A model generated the notes under the pieces. The model was not told the origin of the DNA. It worked only from the letters and a program-made list of their open reading frames with translations, and did no database searches. 64,000 nt of DNA from the human T2T-CHM13v2.0 reference genome, Homo sapiens, in NCBI RefSeq assembly GCF_009914755.1, contig NC_060934.1; one strand, given 5' to 3'. Made by a program: the position numbers and the translations under genes. Positions 49,400 to 64,000 of this stretch are shown here, one piece after another. How positions within the stretch are numbered: position 1 is the first letter of the stretch; every line of letters begins with the position of its first letter.

Positions 49400-50914
49400 C
49401 TATTTCCGAATAAGAAAATAAAGCCTCTTCGATATTTCACAAGGCAAGGGGCAAGAAGAAGCTTCTAGAAGCACACAATTTCACAAAAGCTGAATACATG
49501 TTGGTTTCTCATTTCTGTTTCAAATTCTACCTAAGTCGCCAGGTGCTGTTCAGTTTCTTGCAGCTGCGATTCTTCCAGTTAACAGTGAGACCTCCGTAAT
49601 GGAGGTTTCAATGTCAAGGTGTCCATCGTTGCATGGACTCTGACAGTTACGTAGGAAGGGGAGGAGCATTTTCCAGACCCAATATTTGATCCAAATTAAC
49701 AGTAAAGTAAGCATAAAAAATCAATGTTAAAACATGCAAGGTGAACTTCGTTAGGTAAAAATCTTCCCTTGGGGTAAAAGAAGCCTAGCTGATTTTCAAG
49801 CAAAATCTGTGTGACTAAAATTACACTGAGTCTAAACAAAATTCAAATCATTCATCTAAATATTTCCTTCATGATCAAGGCCTAGATTAAAGTTCATTCT
49901 AATGACTAATGTTCTATCTCATTCTTTAGGGCTAGCAAAAGGGTGGTGGAAATAGGTTGAATTTCAACTCACTTTCTAAATTTAAAGGAAAAAAAGTCTC
50001 TAAAATTCTAATTTATTAAATTGTTGTAGGGAAGTTTTAAACAGAAGCAGGACTTTGGATATTCAAGGTCACATTGAAAGCTATCAAATATGGTGATCCA
50101 GGTTTAAATATTACCTTGAAGACTGTGGCCCTAATCTGCGCTATGTTTAAAATTTTTTGATAGCAGCCACATTGATATTTGTAGAGTTAGAGAATACTTG
50201 TTGAAAAAAAAAGAGATATTCTGTCATTTTATAGTAAAATCATATTATAACGCAATACTTCATTAACATTGTACACTATTATAAAAGTACACACAAGACA
50301 CAGCCTGTCCCACAGTCCTCTGCAGGCTCTGACAGTAGCGGACAGTTGGATGTTAACTGTTAAGTGCCTGAAACTCACTCCTGGACCTTCACATAAAGGA
50401 TATAGGCTGGTGTCACTAAAGATCCCCAAATATTTCAACTGTGGACTCGAGAGCATTTCTCACTCCCCATCTGCCCATCAGGAAGATTCCAGACCAAGGG
50501 AAATCCACACATGGGCCCCCCAGTTGCCTATCTGTCAGACTCAAGTCCTTAGAAGCCAAAGATGGTCTTCACTAAAACATGAACAGGGTGGTTATCAAAA
50601 CCCAGATACATCAAATGCCTTCCACTCTCTGCCTCCCGGCCTCCTTCTCAAATCTCGGGCAATTCACCTCTAATTCAAACCTTCTAAGTAAAAGAACTAT
50701 GGAACTTCCCAAATTTACAATGTAATATTTTGGACAATGTGCCAAAACTTATTAAGAATATTTAACACCATACACGTTAAGAAATAGTCAATAAATCAAT
50801 CCTATAATTTTTCATAAGGAAAATAATGTCATTAAATGGACTGCGCCCAAGCCCTTATCCTTAGAGACTGAGAAATGCCCTTTTATTCTTAATTTATACC
50901 CAGTTCTAAGAAAC

Positions 50915-51540
50915 TTGGCAAAACTATGGAGACAGTAAGCAGATCAGTGGTTCTCTGGGGTTGGGAGGGGAGGGAGGAATACATAGGTGGAGCACAGTGG
51001 AGTTTTCAAGGCGGTGAAAATACCCCGTAGTGTACTACAGGTTGAGCATCCCTAATCAGAAAATCCAAAATTGGTTCAGCTCCAAAATCACAAGGTTTTT
51101 GAGCTTTGACATGAGACAATGACACTTTTGATTTCTGATTGTTCAATGGACACAAACTCTGTTTCATACACAAAACTATTTAAAATGTTATGTAAAATAA
51201 ACTTAAGGCCATGTATATAAGGTATACATGAAACATAAAAGAATTTGGTGTTTAGACATCAGTCCTGTCCCCAAGATATCTCATTATGTACATGCAAATA
51301 TTCCAAAATAAAAAAAAATTCTAAGAATAATACATATTATCATTATATATTTGTTCAAACCCACAGGCTATACACCAAGAGTAAACCCTAATTAAACTGT
51401 GGACTCTGGGTGATAATGATGTGTCAGTGTAGGCTCATCAATTGTAGCGTATGTACCACTCTAGTGGGGGATGTTGATAGTAGGGGAGGCTGTGCAAGTG
51501 GGAGGCGAGGAGTTTATGGGAAATCTCTGTACCTTCTTAA
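50915..51540 (+). mobile_element. Old L1M 3' fragment interrupted by a Tigger4/MER46-like TcMar element (~51038-51320)
   Basis: TA-CAGGTTGAGCATCCCTAATC terminus; L1M-type GAGTAAACCCTAA...GACTCTGGGTGATAATGATGTGTCAGTGTAGG. Confidence 0.7.
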
Positions 51541-51845
51541 TTTTTTTTCTTTTTTTTTTTTTTGAAACATGGTCTCACTCTGTCACCCAGGCTGAAGTCC
51601 AGTGGTGCAGTCTGGGCTCATCGCAATCTTTGCCTCCTGGGCTCAGGTGACCCTCCCACCTCAGCCTCCCGAGTAGCTGGGACTACAGGTGTGTGCCACC
51701 ACACCCAGATAATTTTTGTATTTTTAGTAGAGACAGGGTTTCGCCATATTGCCTAGGCCAGTCTTGAACTCCTGGGCTCAGGCAGTCAGCCTGCCTCAGC
51801 CTTCCAAAGCATTGGGATTACAGGCGTAAGCCACTGCGCCCAGCC
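51541..51845 (-). mobile_element. AluJ-like
   Basis: Reverse Alu. Confidence 0.88.
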
Positions 51846-52109
51846 TCTGCTCAATTTTGAACCTGAAACTGCTCTAAAAAATACTTGAAACAAACACACC
51901 TCTGGGTTGTATAGTTCCCCAGCCCCTGCTGTGTTTCATACACTGAGAAGTTCAGGAAGGTAAACCCCTGAAGGGGAGGGAAGAGATGCTGGTCCTGGAA
52001 TGGAGACTCTGTTACACTCCTGTTTCCTCTCCTCGGTTAGGCCTTCACCACTCTACATCTGCAAAACCAGGAACCCACAGTCCAAGCTAGACTGGTCTTC
52101 TCTGTGGAA

Positions 52110-52270
52110 ACTGTGATTCTCATGAGTGGGGCTCTAGCAGTCCCGCCTCTGTTCTGCGGGCATGGAAGGAAGCCCCAGGAAGCTGGGAAATGACTGTGAT
52201 TCTCATGAGTGGGGCTCTAGCAGTCCTGCCTCTGTGGGTATGGAAGGGAGCCTCGGGAAGCTGAGAAATG
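52110..52270. repeat. Two-copy tandem duplication, period 83 bp
   Basis: ACTGTGATTCTCATGAGTGGGGCTCTAGCAGTCC at 52110 and 52193. Confidence 0.92.
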
Positions 52271-53177
52271 AGACAAGGACAGGGTTGGGCAGGTGGGCTT
52301 TGTTCTGGTGAGTTTGCTAGGGTAAGAATGGAGCCCCACCCGGCACCCTCAGAGCAGCACGGCTCTGCTAGGGTATGGATGGCAGGTGAGGACAGGCGAT
52401 GGTGGGCTGGCCACAGCACAGAAAGGCACGTGCCCAGTGAGGGAGAAGTGCCCTGACAGCAACAACACTGTTATTTACAAAAGATGGTGAAATAGGAACA
52501 CATAAGCAATAGCAGCAAAGAAGGCGAATTCCATTCATTTCACTAATCGTTTTCTTAATGGAGAAAGAACTAAAAATGTAAATATGAAACAAAATAGCTT
52601 TTGGGTAGGCAAACCCTTACGACTCCTCTTTCAAGACAAAAATACATATGGCCCAGGGGAAAGTCTCTAGCATCAGTGCCTCTCTTCTGCAGTGAGCCAG
52701 GCCCATATCGTCCAAGCAGGCAACGCGGTCTTCGGTGCCTGGTGGTTCTGTGATGGCACTTTACCTGCCATTGCCCTCTCCGTAGGACCCAGGTGCCAGG
52801 CCACCAGTTGTGGTGAGCTGATGAAGTGACTCATTCCACACGTGGCCCTAGGGAAACAGTAGCTGCTCTGCCTGCTCTTGGCCATGTAGTCTGTGGCCCC
52901 ATCATTCCCAGGACAGCTAGGACAGCTCGCTGTTTCTGCAGGGCGAGCTTAGAGACCAGTCCCAACACTTTCTTTTCTGCAGTGTGACCCAAAATGTCTT
53001 TAGAGTCATGCATGATGAGGCCAGCCTGTGTGCATGTGAGCAGGTGTCACATATGAGAGCACAGAAGCACCACACACCCCTTCTCCTTCACGAGGATTCC
53101 TTCTTCAGGGAGAGCTGTGTCTAGTGGGCTCTGTAGCTATGCACCACCATAATTTGTCCTTTAAAAATTCCCTTCCT

Positions 53178-53476
53178 GGATGGGCGCAGTGGCTCTTGCC
53201 TGTATTCCCAGCCCTTTGGGAGGCCGAGGTGGGAGGATTGCTTGAGGCCAGGAGTTTGAGACCAGTGTAAGCAAGATAGTGAGACCCCGTCTCTATAAAG
53301 ACTAAAAACAAATGAGCTGGGCATGGTGGCATGCACCTACAGTCCCAGCTACTTAGGAGGCTGTGGCAGGAAGATCACTTAAGCCCAGGAGTTCAAGGCT
53401 GCAGTGAGCTGTGATTGTGCTACTGCACTCCAGCTTGGGCAACAGAGCGAGGCCCTGTCTGTAAAAGAAAAAAAAA
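53178..53476 (+). mobile_element. AluJ-like
   Basis: Alu consensus. Confidence 0.88.
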
Positions 53477-53943
53477 TTATTTGCCTTTGCCCACAGAGAT
53501 CATGGGAAGAGCATTTCAGTAAGCCATCCAGCAATAGAGGAATTAAGAGGTTTGGAAAATGTGGGGGTGGGGGATGATGCCACAACTCAGGGAGTTTCAG
53601 GGCCACTGGGCATTGGGCTAGAGGGAGGACCCCCATCCCCTCCTGCACCTCCCTTTTGTTACTTTCTCATGTATGGAAACCAAGTTCCCACCAAGGGCCA
53701 AGTACAGAACCCATCCCATGGTAGCATAAATGAGTCACACTATACTGTCCATTTGTACAGCATTTCACTGCATGCAGAATGCTTTCCATATCTCGTTTCA
53801 TCTTCACACCGCATAAATGGACAATGGTAAAGTGTTTGAGAATTCACAAAGGGCTTTAATCAAGGCAGCTTCGTGTGATCCCGCTAGCATGAAGTTAAGT
53901 GTATGCTGTCTCCATTGCTACGATGAGGAGACTGATCTCCAGC

Positions 53944-54865
<922 letters not shown>

Positions 54866-54899
54866 CAGCAAGGTTAAAACAACAGGGCTTGTGACAAAA

Positions 54900-55392
54900 G
54901 AATTAAAAGCAGGGTGTCACAGACCCAGCTTTGTGCCCTTATGTTTCTAGTAGCATTATTCACTGTAGCTAAAATGTGGAAGCAACTTGGGTCCCTTGAT
55001 GGGTGAATGGGTCAACAAAACGTGGTGTATCTAAACCCAGTGGAATATTATTCAGCCTTTCAAAGGAAGGAAATTCTGACACCTGCTACAACGTAGATCA
55101 TGCTAAGTATAATAAGCCAGTCACAAAAAAATACTGTATGATCCCACATAATGATGTACTTGTGACATTCACAGAGCTAGAAGGTAGAATGGTGATTGTC
55201 AGGGGCTGGGGGAATGGGAAGTTTAATACGTATAGAGTTTCAGTTTTCCAAGATGAGAAGAATTTGGGAGATGGATGGGGATGGTTGCACGACAATGTGG
55301 ATATACTGATATTTAATACCACCAAACTGTACACTTCAAATGGTTAAGATAGTACATTTTATGGTGTGTGTATTTTACCACAATAAAAAAAA
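54900..55392 (+). mobile_element. Old L1 (L1MB-like) 3' fragment
   Basis: GCATTATTCACTGTAGCTAAAATGTGGAAGCAAC...TTTACCACAATAAAAAA. Confidence 0.8.
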
Positions 55393-56411
55393 TTTGAGGG
55401 AAAAAGCCCCATAGGGCTAGTGAGAGGAAAACATGAAGGGTTAACAGGTGGGTTCTGAACCTGTGGGTGTGGGACTGAGGACCAAAAGGTTGTTTGGTCC
55501 CTGAAGGTTGTACAAAATCCCTGGATTGCTGCCTGTGCCCCTGTGGACAGAAATGACCAACCTGAGCTGCAAATGCCAGCATGCAGTTACGGCTGCCCCC
55601 AGTTTTCCCTCTGCCATCTCTAGTTTCAGTGGAGATTCCTCAGAGAAAGGATAATCCATATGTTTGAAAACTCAGCAGCAACTGTCTCTGGGGTGAGTGG
55701 GGAAATAAGGCCTGGAAATGGGCATCAAAGGGCCTCCATTCCTTTTTAGAATAATGTGAAAAGCCTGTTAGGTTTTATTCAAAACTGCTGTTTTCAAACC
55801 TTGGCCACAGCGGCTGTGTAGATGCTGGACTCTGGTTGAGGAAAGAGTGAAGCGAGAAAGAAAAGAAGATTGAAACAAGATTCTCACTACATTCTTCTGG
55901 TGACAGATTTGGAACATGAGCTAATGCACAGGCCAGCCCAGCCAACGTTTCATGAAAACAATGCTATCTACAGCTGCCTTGGGCATCTTTCAGAGCACAA
56001 AATAGCCTCTCTCCACTCCCTCCAGGCAGTTCAGTTTGTTTCTTTTTTTACTGATGCAAGGGTGTGGGTAATCCTTGCAAGCCAATATGTCATTTGGTTT
56101 AGCTTTAGAAACATTTGATCATGCTGATCTGGCAAAGAAAAAAAAATGTTTCCTATAGCAGGACTATCTCATCCCTGCAATCACGAGTCTGGGCAAGTAA
56201 GAGATGAGAGCGAGGAACCTCAGCCTGACACGCAGGACAACACTCAACTCCTAAGTCTGACCTTGACACTCAGGCAAACTCGCAGAATCACAGCTGTTCT
56301 TTTCTCTTGCCTGGAAAATTTAGAACACATTCAACATCGTGAGAATGTTGTTTCCTTTCTTTTATTTGCCCTCCATTTTTTTTTGTTCAGTCTTGCCTTT
56401 TTGTTTTAAAA

Positions 56412-56805
<394 letters not shown>

Positions 56806-57029
56806 TAGAATTTACACCAAATGTGGAAGATGTTCATCAAGTGCCTATTAAGTAGAACGTTATTAATGACAGCCCTCTTCTGTTTGGTTTGCTATCCTAA
56901 TGGAAGAGTTAGAGGTAGGAGTAGGGTAATCTGGTAAATGCATCCCACAAAAGAACCAATAAAATCCACTACATGTGGCAAAAGAGGTACTCTACTATTG
57001 AGTGCTTTGGGCTGGATGAGATTTTTTTG

Positions 57030-57209
<180 letters not shown>

Positions 57210-58629
57210 TGAATCACTGAAAAATTTTTACTCTGAATTTTGGCCATTAGTTATGTATGACACAGACTAGAAATCACAAAGGGGCAGGTTGGAGGTGTCT
57301 TTAGAAGTGCTCTGGTTTAGTCATTGCCAACTGGAGCTGAGCATTGTTAGACCCTCCTAAGGAGTCTTAACCTTCCCATGCCCCTCACCACACCCAGACA
57401 TACGGCACCAGAATCTCTGGGTGGGACCCAGGCATGGGAATTTTTTTAAAGTTCCCCAGGTGAATCAGCGTGCAGCCCAGGCCTGTTGCACCTCCACATC
57501 GGATGGAGAAACACACAGGTTGGCTAAGGTGCTGTCAGTGGCAAAATCAGGACTGTAAGAACTCACCATTTTCTTTTATAAACAGCAGCATCATTTACAT
57601 AGTAAAGTTTGTCACTTGGGGATGCATTTTATACACATATTATTAGAGAATAGGCAATTAACATTTTCTTAGTCCCAGAACATGAAATATTGGGGCACAA
57701 AAGGACCCTATGCAAAAACGAAGGGGTAGAATTGTGATGAGAACAACATCCAAACAAATCCCGTGAACCAGGAGAAGGACCGAAAGACTGTTCTAACTAA
57801 AACCCCACAATGGCATCTCTCTTCAAGGGACCCGTGCTATGGGACCACTTATCTGATCTGAAGTATAGTCAATACATATGATTATGAAGTTCCGGGTTCT
57901 TTCTCACACTCAGTGGTGAACAACTCGCTTCTAGAAGTCAGATTTAATAAAACCACATACATAGACACTCCCTGGTGTCCGCGCGGTTTTAAAACCACTT
58001 TTCCTGGCTCCATTTCTCCCTGTCATTAATATACATAACTTATGTGCTGACTTGAAAGGTTTGTATTTTGTTGTGGTTTTCATCCTATCTCAGAAATATG
58101 TGACTACAATTATAGACATTGGTCATCCAAGAAAAACAGCTAATGATACCAGCATAAATAAGTTCCTAGAGCAAAAGCATTGAAAAAAAATTTCCCCCTG
58201 GATTTTTATTTATTCACTTTGCTTTCCAAAATGCTACATGCCACGTTTTAACCTAAAACCAATGTACACATCAGTTTTACCCAATTCCAGAGCTGAAACT
58301 GAAAATTATAAAGCTTAAAATGTGCTACTCTGTATCTATCAACAAGATGCTTCTAAATCGTTATTAGGGAGAATAATGCATTAATGTATTCTTTCTTTAA
58401 AAGTAGAAATGTGTTTAAACTGAACTATCCATATTCTTTCACCATAGCATCTAGCCACTTTTGTCCCCAGTTCTAGGAGAGGTTTAAGCCTGAGGCACAA
58501 TTTGCAACTACTATATAGAATGAGGTTCTTGCCATAGGCGCATTTCAGGATTGAACCTGTGGCTTTCAGCTCTGATGCAGAGAGAAACAGGTGACTGATG
58601 GCCTACCATAAATGCAAAGAACAGCCTGG

Positions 58630-58790
58630 AGAGTAAGAGCCTGGGCTCATCAGACATGAGTTCAAAGCCCAGCTCTAGTGCTTTTTAGCCATGTGACTCA
58701 GGCTAATTATCTCCTCTTCTAATGACAATGACTTTAAGGTTGTTCTAAGGATTGATGACATTCACATTTGTAATAGTGCACTCCGCACCA
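58630..58790. mobile_element. MIR fragment
   Basis: CAGACATGAGTTCAAAGCCCAGCTCT...AGCCATGTGACTCAGG MIR core-like. Confidence 0.6.
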
Positions 58791-59252
58791 TGCAGGCTTC
58801 TGATTCTGCTACCAGGTGGCATCATCTCCTGCTCAGCACCGGTTACCTCTTTCCTCTCCCTCTCTCTTTCTTCTCTTCCTCATTATCTGTACTTTTGTCC
58901 ATTTGATCATTATTCAGTTTGTTGATGGCTGAGTCCTTTATTCTCCTAATTGTTTCTCTTTGTACCAGTTCATTGCTTGTTGGGATCACCACCAGTTCGA
59001 TTTAGCTAAATGTTGACACAGTATTTGGTATCTACGTGAAAGATTTGGCAGTGATCTTTCAAAACATGGGGCCCTGGATTATTAGGTTATATTTCAATAT
59101 TTTGCTTTTAACAATTTATGGAGCTATTGGCAACTCTAAACACCTACAAAAGAAATGCTGTCCACGACAAAAGAGTTCTGATCATTTTGCAATGACTTAG
59201 GAGAAACTTAATGATGTTTCATGAAGTGCCCCCTGGTACTTTAAGTGTTCAT

Positions 59253-59335
59253 GAAGGCATACCAAGTTCTTAAAGGTGTACCACGGTTCATGAAGGTGCA
59301 CTGGGTTCACCTTTAAGGGCACATGGTACACCTTC
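59253..59335 (-). ncRNA. MIR938: pre-miR-938 hairpin (intronic); mature UGCCCUUAAAGGUGAACCCAGU at 59300-59321
   Basis: Reverse complement matches recalled 83-nt hsa-mir-938 precursor and mature sequence; visible stem. Confidence 0.9.
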
Positions 59336-59692
59336 CAACATGCCGTACCTGCTTAACCTGCCTTGTCTCACCCTCCCTTCCCTGCTGTGGGACAACCTGG
59401 ATCCCAGGCCCCAAAGGCTCAGAGGTATTACATACACTCTTCCATAAAAGGCCTGGGCAGGTGAAGTGTTCACTGCCAGAATGATTTGGGGGAAGAAAGA
59501 GAATGCAAATGTTTTTATTGATGAGTATAAATTCTTATGAAGTCAGGCCTTCTATGAAAATCTGTAGACCTATCAATCATGTACATTTGTAAACTGCAGC
59601 TTTCAAGTGGCTTTGCAATATAATGTTTAAAGATGCAAATGGTCAAGCCTGAAAGAAGACTAAATATAATTTTTTTAAAAAAGAAAGGGAGA

Positions 59693-59998
<306 letters not shown>

Positions 59999-60341
59999 TC
60001 AGTTGTTTTAAAATCGTTTCATGCCCAGGAAGATGATAATGAAGGACTTCTTACCATCCTGATGACTGAAACTCGAGCACTCCTTCCCCTTGCTGGATGT
60101 GTTTTGCTTTGGAGGTAAATAAATAAAAGCAAGTGCAGAACAGGACAAGGCTGTGGCCATGCATGGTATTTAGTCCCAGCTGGGAGAAACGATGTGAAAG
60201 ATCCCCCACAAACCCTGCCCTCCCCCCTCATCCTCGTATCACAGAGAATGAAAATGCAAATAAGATTTCCAACCCTTTCTTCTTTATAAAGAAGAAAAAG
60301 AGAAGCAGGGGGAGAAGTTAGTAATTTTGTTTCCTGAAAGA

Positions 60342-60351
60342 CTAAAAATAG
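60342..60351 (+). promoter_or_regulatory. Perfect MEF2 consensus CTAAAAATAG
   Basis: Motif match only; plausible for a gene with muscle isoforms. Confidence 0.3.
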
Positions 60352-61038
60352 GAATCCCTGTATTTCCAAGAAAGAGTTCTGTGGGGCATGCTGTGAAGCA
60401 AATAAAATGCTGTATGTACTCATATGAAGCTTTTAAAGCAAAAATGGAAAAGCATTCAGTGAGCAGATGCTTGAAATTTGGTCTCAACCACAGTGAAACA
60501 GCTCTGGCTCCCAAGAATTATGATATAATTTATGGCCAGACAGTTCATCTAATTTCTTCACCTGTAGGTTGAAAGCATACTTGGTTTTCATATTTAATAG
60601 AGCAGCTGGCTGGATCATGAGGAAGGTGATGAAATGATATAGGAATGAGCAAAGGGACCCTGCCCTCTCAAAGTGATCACAGTATCTTACTTCATGGAAC
60701 TACTCACCCAGGGCCGGCCAGACTACATTCTGAACAAAACAGATATTGAAAAGAGCATTTAATGGGCACCTAAGGCATATGTTTTCAAATGACCTAACTG
60801 TTATTTTTGGAATTGCATTCAATTCATATAAAATTAGGCTGCTAATAGATGTCATACATAAAGTCAGGACTTGATCCGCAAAGGTGACTATGTAATAAGC
60901 CCACAGTACAGTCTTTAAAAATCCAATTTACATTTGTAATTTTTTGACTCATGTGATTGAATAAAGTTAAAAAGTGGCAGAAGAATATTTCACAGTGAAA
61001 TATTTCCGCCCCCTTCCCCATTTCTGAGGTGCCAGTTA

Positions 61039-62008
<970 letters not shown>

Positions 62009-62899
62009 TTATTTGTTTCTTGTTTGTCCTTATGGAGTTTCTTTATGCAAGCAAATACAAATAGATACTTAGTTTCCCTTTCATATATAAGCAGAAGTGT
62101 GCAAAGTACTCTTAGCAATGTGCTTTGGAGATCTTCCCATATAGGCACACAGGCATTAGCCTCATTTTCTTACAGGTGCATAGTATTTTACTGTACGCAG
62201 GGTCTGTGATTTACTTAGTCCTCTACGGATGGGCCTTAAGGTTTCTATTCTTTTGCTGTTTTCAAACAAAGCTACATCACCTTGAATCTAAGTGTATCTG
62301 AAAGAACTCTGACAAAAACTGTCAAATCGCACCAGTTTACATTCCCATCAGCCACGGTTCCCGTCTCCCCCCAGCCTCAGCAGAGTGCAAGAGCAGCTCT
62401 AGAGTTTTGCTGCTCTGAGGTTTCCCAGATATGGTACATTTCTTTCCTCTTACTAAAAATGAGGCTGAGCATCTTTCCATATGTTTTAGACTCCTTAAAT
62501 TCCTTTTCCCTTTTTTGTGAGCTGTCTGTTCAGATCTTTTGTCTATTTTGATAGTTTTAACTTTTTAAAAGGATTTCCAGAAATGTCTATATTAATATAT
62601 TAGCCATTTGTTTGTGATGTGAGTGGCAAATAGTTTTCCTAGTTTTTTTTTTCTCTTTAGTGGGTTTTTTCCCCTTAGTGGAAAAGTGGCTTTAAAAAAT
62701 ATATATTCAAATATATATATATTATTTACATAATATATATTTTATATAAATAAATGTATATGTGTGTGTTTGTGTAGAGAGAGATAGTTGATTTTTATCA
62801 ATCTTTTCTTTCATGGTTTCTTAATTTTAAATCAGTTGGAAAGGTTTGCCAAATCCACAGCTATGAAGAAATTCTCCTGTTTTCTTCTAGTACTTATTA

Positions 62900-63335
<436 letters not shown>

Positions 63336-63650
63336 CAATATTTTTGATTTTGAAAAAATTTAAGCCTGTACAAAGTAGAGACAATGCTATAATAAACTGG
63401 CATATACCCCCACCTAAATTCAACTGCTATCAAGGTTTTGTTATACTTCTTTCTTCTATCTCTTCTCTCTCTCTGACTCTGTCTCTCAACAAAATTATTT
63501 TAAAGTACACCCAAAATATCAACTCATTTTACCTCTATATACTTCAATATGCATTTTAAAATTATGAATATTTCCTTGTATAACTATAATGCTATTATAT
63601 GTAACAAAATTAACAATATTATTTGGTATCATCTAATACTTGATCTATAA

Positions 63651-64000
<350 letters not shown>

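Overview
Human (primate) genomic DNA covering the 5' part of SVIL (supervillin/archvillin, chr10p11.23), transcribed on the minus strand. Five exons have canonical AG/GT boundaries. Two are nominally 5'-UTR exons (26303-26360, 20249-20340), one carries the start codon (12099-12156, ATG at 12106), and two are coding (11831-11982, 7645-8311). Together they give the supervillin N-terminus [19 protein letters not shown]...SPEARP (codons 1-276). Two intronic miRNA hairpins, MIR604 and MIR938, lie on the same strand. The rest is intron, rich in Alu, L1, ERV1 solo LTRs and DNA-transposon relics, including a piggyBac MER85. Main finding: the 200 nt of spliced '5' UTR' is stop-free and in frame with the canonical ATG. 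An upstream phase-matched exon with a Kozak ATG (28016-28076) would complete an 87-aa N-terminal extension carrying two supervillin-type KVxxxxxxF motifs. Gene and repeat identities come from recalled sequences, not database searches. Repeat coordinates are approximate. Exon numbers (2-6) are conventional labels from memory.
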